Shown: positions 1-8,054, numbered from the stretch's first letter. The stretch is DNA of 64,000 nucleotides from Candidatus Sericytochromatia bacterium (GCA_963797915.1 CAWCRG010000005.1:14844-78843); one strand, 5' to 3'. Made by a program: numbers and translations. Notes: generated from the sequence alone by a model not told the origin.

Positions 1-462
1 GCCCCATTGCTGGTTGCTTGGGTAAGGGTCTTGCTCCCAGACGTTATACTCGTCATAGTTGGCGGTGGGTAAATAGCGGCGAAAATGCACCTGAGCAGCT
101 CGCTCGTACTTGCTATGAAAGCGAATTTGAGCCAGTCGAACCAGCGGACGGGTATGAAAGGGGACCGTTAAATCTTGTATAAAGTGAGAGGTGCGGCCCA
201 GCCAGGTCCAGGCTTCAGCCTGTTCAGGGTGTGTCGGTGGCAGCTCTGGTTTCCAGGCGCTGATGGCCCGTTGGTAATACTCTTCTGCCTTATCGCGGGC
301 GTTGCTCAGACCGAACCAGCCGCTGGTGGGGGTGGGCATGCCGTGCTCTAGCGGACGGAAGGGACCGCTGTAGGTGGTACTTTGGGCGTCAGGCCAGGCG
401 GTGTTTTCGCCCAGCGTTTTGCGCCAATGCTGTACATAACGCGGCGGCGGCTCTTTGGCCAT
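1..462 (-). CDS. zinc-dependent phospholipase C family protein; the 3' end runs off the left edge
   Basis: A reverse-strand ATG at 462 opens a frame reading MAKEPPPRYVQHW...WLGRTSHFIQDLTVPFHTRP...RFHSKYERAA. The HxxxD..P.H and FHSKYE blocks match the zinc-ligand blocks of PC-PLC/alpha-toxin. It is absent from the ORF track because it leaves the window. Confidence 0.55.
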   Translation of the reverse strand, partial: MAKEPPPRYVQHWRKTLGENTAWPDAQSTTYSGPFRPLEHGMPTPTSGWFGLSNARDKAEEYYQRAISAWKPELPPTHPEQAEAWTWLGRTSHFIQDLTVPFHTRPLVRLAQIRFHSKYERAAQVHFRRYLPTANYDEYNVWEQDPYPSNQQWG

Positions 463-554
463 CGTGCAGCAAAATCTGTTCAATACTGGAGATACCCTTG
501 TCTAACTCATTAAAGAACTGGGGGTGGGCCTCAGCGACGTAAGCGCTGTGAAAA

Positions 555-833
555 TCACCCGCATGGAGTATGTTCGGTCAGTTCAGCCTCGGTGGGCTGT
601 ACTTCTTCCGTGGAGGGCTCAGGAAGCTGATTTAACTCTTGTTCAAAGCGCTTGTTTAGTTTAACGCGTCTGAAACTGCTGGTGTCTAAAGCCTGCGTAC
701 TTTGATTGAGACCTTGAACCGTCGAACGGTTGAGATTGGCCTGAGGCGCTAAGCGGGGAGCCTGACAGGCCACCAATAGGGCGGCAAGGCCAGCCATCGC
801 GATACTTTGTCTGCTCAAAGAAAACATTTTCAC
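555..833 (-). CDS. lipoprotein-signal ORF, probably the detached N-terminus of the phospholipase C gene
   Basis: It has a signal peptide with a lipobox (AALLVAC). Between 462 and 555 a third frame reads HAGDFHSAYVAEAHPQFFNELDKGISSIEQILLHDG, so 1..833 looks like one gene split by two frameshifts. Confidence 0.4.
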   Translation of the reverse strand: MKMFSLSRQSIAMAGLAALLVACQAPRLAPQANLNRSTVQGLNQSTQALDTSSFRRVKLNKRFEQELNQLPEPSTEEVQPTEAELTEHTPCG

Positions 834-908
834 AATTACACCTACTTTATGACAACAATCTTAACCCTATTTTAACAGAGAATTAAAAGCCGTGACAAAT
901 TCCTTTTT

Positions 909-1922
909 TCAATGGGTGACCCATAAAATTTCAGGACTACAGCGCTCGGAGTTTCGCTGTCCAAAGAGTTTGAGCTGATGGGCGGTGCTGAGCAGGGGAC
1001 GCAATCGCTCTTGAAGTGCCTCAGGTGTGTCTAAAGAGACAATCTGTCGGCCCTGTTCATTATCGATAACCGTTGTGAAGGTACTGTTCCAGCTATCGGG
1101 CTGGCAGAGCGGTCCTGGCTTCTTTGATTTGTCTTTGGTCGTCAACCCCAGCACAATGTCCTCGGACTGTGCCACATCGGCCCACTTTAGGCTGTCCAAT
1201 TGCCCTTCAAAAACAAGAGGACTCGTACTTAAATTGGGGCGAAAAGGCCGTGGACTTGGCGCAGGAATTGACTGGCGATTGGGCCGCTGAGTAAAGCGGG
1301 TATATAGCGGGTAGGTTTTGCCCGCAAAGGTTTCCGAAACCAGATGCCAAAAGCCGTTATGGGCGGTGTAGAGATCGGTGCTCCACACCCCTTTTTGATG
1401 GTGCATATACACCAGTTCGGCTTTGCCGTCGCCATTAAGATCTAAAAGATCGGGCAGGCCGTTGGCATCAGAGGCGAAATAGCCCTCTACCCTCAGCGGA
1501 AAGGGCCGGCCCTGGACATCAAAGAGATAGATCAGCAGGTTTTGACTGGGCGCTAAACCGTTGCCGCCGGTATCAAAAACGAGAATTAAATCTTCGCTGC
1601 CGTTGGCGTCGAGGTCGCCGCTAAAGACGGTGTAAGGCCGAGGAGCAAGGGAGATAGAAAACGGTTTTTTATGATTATCTTCACCCTGTAAAAGGAGCAC
1701 TTCGTGGTTTTCTAAGGTGCTTGTCAGCGATTGTTTGCCGATGACGAATGAGGCATTTTTTGAAGCAGGGCTAAGCGCTTTATGGGGTTTGAGCACAAAG
1801 CGTTGGCTGCGCTCTTTGGGGGTGAGAGGGAGGTAATCACCTGAGTAAGCGATGGCGTGTTGAGAGTAGGTGAGTAAGACAGCACAAATCAAGAGTAAAC
1901 AAAGCGTGTTGGGTTTAGGCAT
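909..1922 (-). CDS. secreted FG-GAP/VCBS-like repeat protein
   Basis: There is an N-terminal signal peptide (LLLICAVLLTYSQHAIA). Calcium-loop-like repeats are present (DLDANGSEDLILV, DLNGDGKAELVY). Confidence 0.45.
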   Translation of the reverse strand: MPKPNTLCLLLICAVLLTYSQHAIAYSGDYLPLTPKERSQRFVLKPHKALSPASKNASFVIGKQSLTSTLENHEVLLLQGEDNHKKPFSISLAPRPYTVFSGDLDANGSEDLILVFDTGGNGLAPSQNLLIYLFDVQGRPFPLRVEGYFASDANGLPDLLDLNGDGKAELVYMHHQKGVWSTDLYTAHNGFWHLVSETFAGKTYPLYTRFTQRPNRQSIPAPSPRPFRPNLSTSPLVFEGQLDSLKWADVAQSEDIVLGLTTKDKSKKPGPLCQPDSWNSTFTTVIDNEQGRQIVSLDTPEALQERLRPLLSTAHQLKLFGQRNSERCSPEILWVTH

Positions 1923-2455
1923 TATGAGGCGTCACTTCTTGTGGTTTTTTTGGTACCGGTGAAAATACAAAAAATAGGCTCCCGCTCTGCGTACAGTTGG
2001 TTGATGTGTGCATAGGCGTTAGAGAGATCATGCTCTGAGACTTCTTCCTGTAAGCCTTCAAAGTAGATCCGCTCTTCATTACGCACATGTTTTTCTAATT
2101 GATGGCCGAGGGCTTTCAAGCCCTTGCTCAGTGATGGGCCTGACACTGTATTGAGCGCTAAAATGGCCGCTTCAATGGCTTTGTGTTCTTGCTGCAACTC
2201 CTGGGTTAACGTCTGTAGAACGGGCGAAAGTTGTGCCTCAAAAGGTGCAAATAAGTAGCGCTCTTCTGCTTGAAAATGCCAGCATAGCTCCTGTTCCCAC
2301 ATTTGCAGGACCTTGTCGCGTTGCTGCTCGGCAGAGGTGGGCCAGGGGTATTTCGGGTTAGAGGCGCGCCCGTTTTTTAGGCAATACATAAGAATTAAGG
2401 CGCTCAGATGTTCTCGCGAAAGGGGGGCTAAATACGGGCTGCGTTTCATTTGCAA
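1922..2455 (-). CDS. hemerythrin-like (HHE cation-binding) domain protein
   Basis: His/Glu motifs lie on predicted helices (LSREHLSAL, QQEHKAIE, LEKHVRNEERIYF). The stop overlaps the start of the downstream gene. Confidence 0.45.
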   Translation of the reverse strand: MQMKRSPYLAPLSREHLSALILMYCLKNGRASNPKYPWPTSAEQQRDKVLQMWEQELCWHFQAEERYLFAPFEAQLSPVLQTLTQELQQEHKAIEAAILALNTVSGPSLSKGLKALGHQLEKHVRNEERIYFEGLQEEVSEHDLSNAYAHINQLYAEREPIFCIFTGTKKTTRSDAS

Positions 2456-2662
2456 AGCTCCTTTGGTTTTTTACTATTGGTCCGCATGGGCGTAGTCTAC
2501 AGCATTTTTAAAAAAGATATATCCAGGGTTTTCGTGGCTTTAAATGTCGGGTAAAGCCTCAGATATTCAGTTTTTGGCATAAAATGCTACGCTAAAGGGT
2601 ATATTTATCATCATCAATCATCATCACGCAAGTCTTAGCTGACACGCGAAAGGAAACGTATT

Positions 2663-4471
2663 ATGGATTGGCCTTCTTTGCCCAGCTTACCGACCTATAA
2701 CGATTTCAAAACAGGGGTTCGACAAACGCTTGAGGCCGCAGAGTCTTACGTTACCGGAGAAGCGCCGCCGGCGGCAGAAACGCCGATTACGGGTAGCCCT
2801 GTCAGCCCAGATTCCGCTCCAGAAAATGGCCCCGGCTACCACAACCAGGTGAATACAGCGGTAGAAGAAGCAGCCTTTGAACCCGGCAGTTTTGTCATGC
2901 CCACCCGTGATGAACCCAGCCCACGGGAACTCATTCAGGGCGTGCAGCGATTTAAACCCCAGACTGAAGATCAGCAGGCCGTAAACATTTATGAAGAACG
3001 TCGGAACCAATATGACAGTACAGATCCCAGAGCTTATGTGTTAGAAACCGCCGCGATTTACAAAGACCATATGCCCGTGTTGGCACAACAGGCCCTCGCC
3101 AGCGAACTCGAAAGTACCTACGCCGAGGCCGTCAATAATGATCTGAGCGGCGTGTTGGATCACATGAGCGGTGAGGGTTTCTCTGCGCTGACTACTGAGC
3201 AGCAGGGACGGGTGCTCGATATTTTGCGGACCCAGGGCACTGCCCAGTCGTTATTGCCCAATATTCAGGGACGCGGCGGTGCGGAGGCGGCCTCGGGCAC
3301 CACTTCTGGCGAAGCAGGTCACTATGTCAATAACCCGGTGGCTTCGATGAGTCAGTTGATCAAAGAAGGAAAAGTGAACGACCGCTTGTTGGGCAGCCTC
3401 GAAGATTTACAACAGGCAGACAATCTGGATCCGGCACTGCAGGCGCAACAAGACGATCTTTTTAGCAGTACCCTACAAAATATTGCCTTCCCCGAACGTA
3501 TTAATCAACACAGCAAAGGTACCTGTGCCGCCACGCGGGTGGAGATGGTACTGGCCATGAAGGACCCGGCACGCTATACCGATAGTGTGCGCCGACTGGC
3601 ACGAGAAGATGACGGGCGCACCCGCATTGAAGGCGCTACGCTGACCCGCGTACCGGGCACTGAGGCTGTCGATGACAGCGGGCGTTCGGTAGCCAGTCGC
3701 CTCATACAGCCCGCACTCATGGAGTACGCCAATGGCCAGGAGCTGGACTATAACAATATTGACGATCGCCACCACGTCAACCAGACTGGGGGCCAACACA
3801 TGCGAGACAATCAACCGGGCTTAATCCTGGGTGAAACCCGTCACCTGGTACAAGGTGTGCTCGGTGAGGACGGCATCGCTGCAGAGCACGCTATTTTTGG
3901 GGAAAACGCAGAAGATCGGGCCCAGGTGGTGGCCAGTACAGAAGCCCTGATGGATCAGGGCCAGGGGCCTTTACTGGTGGATCTGGATTGGGGCGATAAT
4001 CTCACTGGCGGCGACGGCGGTCATGCCCTCTTGCTGAGTGATCTCGATGATGATCACGCCTTTTTTATGAACCCCTGGGGAGAGTTAAACAGTATGCCCC
4101 GTGCTGAATTTGATCAGCGGCTGCATGCGAGCGTTGCTTTAAGTGAGCCGCCGAGCATACCGCCCCGCGCCCAGGATAAAAGCAATTATGTAGAGCTTGC
4201 GCCCAGTCGCTACCAGAATGCCGCGCAGCGTGCGGCCAGTGCTGCTGAAAGCACTTCGTTGATCGCTTTTGTCAGTGACTTTCAAGAACGGTCCGCACAG
4301 ATTACTGACCCCAACCTGAGAGCAGAGGTCGAGGACTTTATCAAAACTGTTGACAGTGTTGATGCTGCGATGGCCTTTGCCCCGGCGCTGGTGAACTTTG
4401 TCAATGTTCAGGGTGAATACGAAGATATTAGTGTTGAGCGTGATGCTCTACTGCAGGCGATGGGCCAATAG
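2663..4471 (+). CDS. calpain-like (papain-fold) cysteine peptidase domain protein
   Basis: A candidate Cys/His/Asn triad occurs in the calpain order: NQHSKGTCAATRVE, GGDGGHALLLSD, FFMNPWGE (the NPWG motif). There is no signal peptide and the N-terminal region is long and acidic. Confidence 0.4.
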   Translation: MDWPSLPSLPTYNDFKTGVRQTLEAAESYVTGEAPPAAETPITGSPVSPDSAPENGPGYHNQVNTAVEEAAFEPGSFVMPTRDEPSPRELIQGVQRFKPQTEDQQAVNIYEERRNQYDSTDPRAYVLETAAIYKDHMPVLAQQALASELESTYAEAVNNDLSGVLDHMSGEGFSALTTEQQGRVLDILRTQGTAQSLLPNIQGRGGAEAASGTTSGEAGHYVNNPVASMSQLIKEGKVNDRLLGSLEDLQQADNLDPALQAQQDDLFSSTLQNIAFPERINQHSKGTCAATRVEMVLAMKDPARYTDSVRRLAREDDGRTRIEGATLTRVPGTEAVDDSGRSVASRLIQPALMEYANGQELDYNNIDDRHHVNQTGGQHMRDNQPGLILGETRHLVQGVLGEDGIAAEHAIFGENAEDRAQVVASTEALMDQGQGPLLVDLDWGDNLTGGDGGHALLLSDLDDDHAFFMNPWGELNSMPRAEFDQRLHASVALSEPPSIPPRAQDKSNYVELAPSRYQNAAQRAASAAESTSLIAFVSDFQERSAQITDPNLRAEVEDFIKTVDSVDAAMAFAPALVNFVNVQGEYEDISVERDALLQAMGQ

Positions 4472-5042
4472 CCTGAGATTTTAGTCATGCGGCCGGTCTT
4501 GAAATGGGATGTTTTTAACGATGGTATTGATATCCGCCTCGATATTTGCATTTATTTCAGGAAGCTCTTTCACGTGGCGTTCCAGAAAAATATCGCTTAC
4601 AGCCCGACTGTATGTCTTTTAAGCTACTCAATACCGTTGTAACCCCAGCTCGTATTTTTCTGTGGGACAAAGCGTTCTCTCCCGGAGCTTTAAACGCAGG
4701 GCTGCTTGCTCACCAGAGTAAGTGTCTTACCAGGCACGCATAAAGCGATAAGTTCATTGGCAAATTTTTATTCCTGGTTTTAAGGATATGGTGTAAAAGA
4801 GGAACTGAAGCGTTTGCAAACCTCTTGCAGTACCTCGGGCAAGTGATGATCTTCTTGAACCCGAAAAAAACCAATGCTTTTACATTTTTGGGAGATGGGA
4901 AAGTATTGTCATGATTGAATCTCAAGTTTTATATCAATAATCCATGAATAAATAGCAGGTTTTTTTGTAAAACTATTTGCACTTTACAACTACTTGTGAT
5001 AGTGTTATTTTAGATTAAATAAAAAACAAAGGAGCGCAAATT

Positions 5043-5159
5043 ATGTTTACAACAAATATTATCTTACTAGCTCCTCTGTCTTTACATCCAAACCAACGTC
5101 TATCGAGTTATGCCTTCCAACCCTGGCAACATAATTCGAGTTTAAGCCATCTCGCTTAA
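5043..5159 (+). CDS. 38-codon ORF with a strong SD, directly upstream of the tRNA array (possible leader peptide)
   Basis: AAAGGAG lies 8 nt before the ATG. The peptide is MFTTNIILLAPLSLHPNQRLSSYAFQPWQHNSSLSHLA and the stop lies 6 nt before the tRNA-like element. It is too short for the ORF track. Confidence 0.3.
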   Translation: MFTTNIILLAPLSLHPNQRLSSYAFQPWQHNSSLSHLA

Positions 5160-5164
5160 ATCCC

Positions 5165-5262
5165 TCTGAGGTAGTTCAGTTCAGTCAGAACAGTTACACC
5201 CCTTTTCTCGGCCCGGTGCCATTTTGGTGTAAAAGACGTTGGTTCAAACCCCACCCCCAGAA
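5165..5262 (+). other. aberrant tRNA-like element (pseudo-tRNA?)
   Basis: - Acceptor stem TCTGAGG/CCCCAGA (one A-C mismatch).
- D-arm GTTC-AGTTCAGTCA-GAAC, with no GG in the loop.
- T-arm GTTGG-TTCAAAC-CCCAC.
- The anticodon arm is a 7-bp helix TTACACC/GGTGTAA closing 25 nt. Alternatively it is a 9-bp helix capped by TTTTCTC, with a 14-nt 3' bulge CCCGGTGCCATTTT. Confidence 0.45.
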
Positions 5263-5298
5263 ACAAGACAAATGTGTTCTTTGACAATTTATTTTTTT

Positions 5299-5371
5299 GC
5301 GTCGTTAGCTCAATAGGTAGAGCATTGGTCTCCAAAACCAAAGGTTGAAGGTTCGATTCCTTCACGGCGTG
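5299..5371 (+). tRNA. tRNA-Trp (anticodon CCA)
   Basis: The cloverleaf was folded by hand. Acceptor GCGTCGT/ACGGCGT; D-arm GCTC-AATAGGTA-GAGC; anticodon arm TTGGT-CTCCAAA-ACCAA; T-arm GAAGG-TTCGATT-CCTTC; G73. CCA is not encoded. Confidence 0.9.
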
Positions 5372-5407
5372 TTTTAAGCTGGTGTGACTTTTTATCATCA
5401 GCTTTTT

Positions 5408-5491
5408 GGATAGTTGGCAGAATGGTATTGCAGCGCCCTGCTAAGGCGTGGTCGAGAAATTGACTTGTGGGTTCGACTCCCATGCTATCCG
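5408..5491 (+). tRNA. tRNA-Ser (anticodon GCT)
   Basis: This is a type II tRNA. Acceptor GGATAGT/GCTATCC; anticodon arm GCGCC-CTGCTAA-GGCGT; long variable arm GGTCGAGAAATTGACTT; T-arm GTGGG-TTCGACT-CCCAT. Confidence 0.9.
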
Positions 5492-5564
5492 CTTGAAGAT
5501 TGATTTTACAAGGATAAAAAGATGCAACATAACAACGCTGATAGACAGCTATTCATTGATGTAT

Positions 5565-5636
5565 TGGGCTGTGGTGTAACGGTTAGCATAAGACGCTTTG
5601 AACGTTTAGGTTTGAGTTCGATTCTCAACAGCCCAG
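5565..5636 (+). tRNA. tRNA-Gln (anticodon TTG)
   Basis: Acceptor TGGGCTG/CAGCCCA with U1-A72 and G73, as in bacterial tRNA-Gln. Anticodon arm AGACG-CTTTGAA-CGTTT; T-arm TTGAG-TTCGATT-CTCAA. Confidence 0.88.
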
Positions 5637-5637
5637 C

Positions 5638-5711
5638 TGGGGTATGGTGTAGTGGCAACACAAGAGGTTCTGATTCTCTTGTCCTGGGTTCGATTCCCAG
5701 TACCCCTTCCA
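5638..5711 (+). tRNA. tRNA-Gln (anticodon CTG), CCA encoded
   Basis: It starts 1 nt after the previous tRNA. Acceptor TGGGGTA/TACCCCT (U1.U72 mismatch); anticodon arm AGAGG-TTCTGAT-TCTCT; T-arm CTGGG-TTCGATT-CCCAG; T73 followed by CCA. Confidence 0.85.
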
Positions 5712-5715
5712 CGTC

Positions 5716-5787
5716 CGGGATGTAGTTTAAGTGGCAAAATACCAGGTTGTGATTCTGGTGTTGGGGTTTCGATTACCCTCGTCCTGA
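5716..5787 (+). tRNA. tRNA-His (anticodon GTG)
   Basis: Acceptor CGGGATG/CGTCCTG (two G-U pairs); anticodon arm CCAGG-TTGTGAT-TCTGG; T-arm GGGGT-TTCGATT-ACCCT; A73. Position -1 is C, so no G-1 is encoded. A T-run follows. Confidence 0.8.
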
Positions 5788-5889
5788 CTTTTTTTATTTT
5801 TTAGTACGTATTTTTATTTTTGTTTAAGTGAAAATATAATTTAAGTAAGAATTTTTACATTCACTTAAAACGTCCTGCCCTTAAAACGC

Positions 5890-5921
5890 CTTTACCCCAG
5901 GTTTTTAAACCTGGGGTAAAG
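5890..5921. terminator. perfect 14-bp hairpin between the convergent tRNA array and the zinc-ribbon gene
   Basis: The sequence is CTTTACCCCAGGTT-TTTA-AACCTGGGGTAAAG. On the minus strand it is followed by GCGTTTTAA. Confidence 0.55.
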
Positions 5922-5953
5922 GGAGTCTGACTGTGTGCAAAAGCGTTCTCAAT

Positions 5954-6139
5954 CTATTGTTTGATTAGCGCTTTCGCTCGTTTTTCCCAACGCTGTGTCT
6001 GATGTTCAAGCTGTTTATATAGCCGGGGGCGCTGCTCCCCAAAATTAAGGGAGACAATACCGCACACCATGCAATAGTCCACTTCAATTTCTTCCTGGAA
6101 CTTCTTTTCTGTAGATGAGCAAACAAAACATGTGTTCAT
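5954..6139 (-). CDS. small zinc-ribbon protein (61 aa)
   Basis: An internal ATG at 6139 is preceded by GAGGA at a 7-nt spacing. Two CxxC pairs are present (MNTCFVCSS...DYCMVCGI). The upstream part of the 121-aa track ORF has no SD. Confidence 0.5.
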   Translation of the reverse strand: MNTCFVCSSTEKKFQEEIEVDYCMVCGIVSLNFGEQRPRLYKQLEHQTQRWEKRAKALIKQ

Positions 6140-6447
6140 AAAATATCCTCTTTCGTTAAAATTAGGAACGCACTCTACGGTTCTTTTTTGCTTCAGCTCT
6201 TCGCCAACGTCTTTCTGGGCGAAGACGAAACAATTTTTGCATTTCAGTGTAAGCTTCTGCCTTCGCCTGAAAATTGTACTCACAGAACATAACCTGGGAA
6301 AGATGATTGTAGGAAACATTGAATCGTGTTGGCATAAGTAAGATTCTCCTGCTTTTTTTCTTATTCTAAACGATGATTAAATTATTTTCAAATTAAATAT
6401 TAAATTGATTATGTTTTGTTTTTTAAATATGTTTAGAGTATGGGTTG

Positions 6448-8031
6448 TCAATCTGCCAGCAGCATTTGAGCAAGGGTGGCTCCAGCATAAGCCGCTGTAT
6501 CATAGTCTTCAGCGGTAATAAAGCGGCCTGCAATCACGAGGTCATCGGCGGCGGTGCCTGGATCACCCACAGAGCGTGAAGGCACATAAGTTCCCCCGTT
6601 GGCTTCGATATACTGACGGGTGCTCACCGGTCCCGCGCCATTGACAGCAGGTAGCCATGGACCACCGGTAGCCAAACGCCCTGCAAGGGGGCTTTCGCCG
6701 TTAATTCTGGCCCAGGCCAGAATCGAAGCGGCATGACAAATACCCATGACATATTTGTCCTGTGCGGCAAAGCTATTGATCAGTTGGTTGACCGTATTTT
6801 TGGTGGCGGAATTGCCGTTATAGTAAGGGTTTTGATACGTGCCTTCAAAGGCATATTGATACTGCGACGAGCCCCAACCCCCCACAAAGACCACTGCAGA
6901 ATAATCCTGGGCATTTACCTGATCCAATCGAAGATCGGGCATCACTTCGCCGCTGCCGCTTTCACCAGTATTGGGGTGAGGAAAGCTGGGTTGTACTTGT
7001 TCAGCTGTCACTACCACCGCAATACCTGCGCTTTCAAAGGCAGCCCGTGGCTCTGCATATTCGCGGTAGTAAAAGTCCTGATTGGCAATGACCAACAGAA
7101 TGGGTAAAGGGGTTTCTTTTTGAGGCGCTGCGGTGCTGGGTTGTGCTGTCGGGACTGGTGTGGGGACTGGTGCAGACGCTGCTAAGCGTTGGGCGAGTAC
7201 TTCTCCCAAAAGATAGCCTGAGCGGTAGTCTTCGGCGGTTATAATCTGACCAGAGACAATCACATCGTCAGCGGAAGTGTGAGGCAAACCTACCGCCCCT
7301 GAGGCCAGCATCTGTGCCCCATTGCTTTCAATATGCCCCCGGGCCTGGTGAGGTAAGCGATGGCTGCCTGGGGCCGCCCCGTTCCAACCGGTGACTTCAT
7401 GGCCCGTCAGAGGACTGACACCATTGACTCGCGCCCATGCCAGTATGGTCACGCCGTGGCAGAGAGCGGTCACGTATTTGTCCTGGGCCAGAAACGCGTT
7501 AATTAAGGCATTGGTTTTGCTGCGTAGCGCAGGGCTGCCGTTGTAGTGGGCATTAAAATAGCTGTCGCTGACGGCATACTGATAAGCCGAAGCACCCCAA
7601 CCGCCCACAAAGAGAATCGCATCATAATCGTCGGCGTTGGCCTCAAGCAAGCTGATATCGGGCTGAACCTGACCCTGATCAGCGCCTTCACCAGAACCCG
7701 CATGGGGATAGGCCATTTCGGTGCTGGCCGCAGCGACCGTCACTTGAACACCGTTGGCCTCTAAGGCCTGGCGAGGCAGGGCATAATCGGCATACCAGAA
7801 ATCCTGATTGGCAATGACCATCAAAACGCGGGAGGCTTCTTGCTGAAGACGAAAACCTGAGAGCTCTTGAAAGGCAATGGTCTGATCGGGTACCAGACCC
7901 GCTCCTTGCAAGGCCCGGTGGCTGACTCCTGTAGATTGCGTGTTCACTGCTATCGGCTGTGGACCGCAGGCCGTCAATTGAAAACTTGAAACCAGAGACA
8001 GCGCCAAAAAGGCAGGACGAAATAAAGACAT
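6448..8031 (-). CDS. lipoprotein with two tandem DJ-1/PfpI (class I glutamine amidotransferase-like) domains
   Basis: A lipobox is present (FQLTAC). Two homologous halves carry the nucleophile-elbow motifs TALCHGVTILAWA and MGICHAASILAWA, and the IANQDF.Y start motif is repeated. Confidence 0.8.
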   Translation of the reverse strand: MSLFRPAFLALSLVSSFQLTACGPQPIAVNTQSTGVSHRALQGAGLVPDQTIAFQELSGFRLQQEASRVLMVIANQDFWYADYALPRQALEANGVQVTVAAASTEMAYPHAGSGEGADQGQVQPDISLLEANADDYDAILFVGGWGASAYQYAVSDSYFNAHYNGSPALRSKTNALINAFLAQDKYVTALCHGVTILAWARVNGVSPLTGHEVTGWNGAAPGSHRLPHQARGHIESNGAQMLASGAVGLPHTSADDVIVSGQIITAEDYRSGYLLGEVLAQRLAASAPVPTPVPTAQPSTAAPQKETPLPILLVIANQDFYYREYAEPRAAFESAGIAVVVTAEQVQPSFPHPNTGESGSGEVMPDLRLDQVNAQDYSAVVFVGGWGSSQYQYAFEGTYQNPYYNGNSATKNTVNQLINSFAAQDKYVMGICHAASILAWARINGESPLAGRLATGGPWLPAVNGAGPVSTRQYIEANGGTYVPSRSVGDPGTAADDLVIAGRFITAEDYDTAAYAGATLAQMLLAD

Positions 8032-8054
8032 AGAAAAACTCCTTGACAGATTGA

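Noticed and set aside
4546-4925. Track ORFs 4546..4743(+) and 4710..4925(-) in the AT-rich spacer
   Set aside because: They overlap each other and the minus one starts at TTG. They have no SD and no recognisable domains, and their composition is typical of non-coding AT-rich DNA.
5043-5262. The small ORF plus tRNA-like element as a tmRNA (the tag-like ending ...SHLA sits next to a T-arm/acceptor)
   Set aside because: - The element has its own 5' acceptor strand and a full D-stem.
- The ORF has a normal SD and ATG.
- No distant 5' acceptor partner or pseudoknots were seen.
- The total size is far below a tmRNA.
5165-5262. The 98-nt tRNA-like element as tRNA-Sec
   Set aside because: There is no UCA anticodon in a plausible loop, no 8/5 or 9/4 acceptor/T geometry, and the variable region is short.
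5156-5725. Track ORFs 5156..5398(-), 5506..5712(-) and 5522..5725(+)
   Set aside because: They run straight through the tRNA genes. The GFEPT and GIEPRT peptides are translations of T-arms. They have no SD and are not coding.
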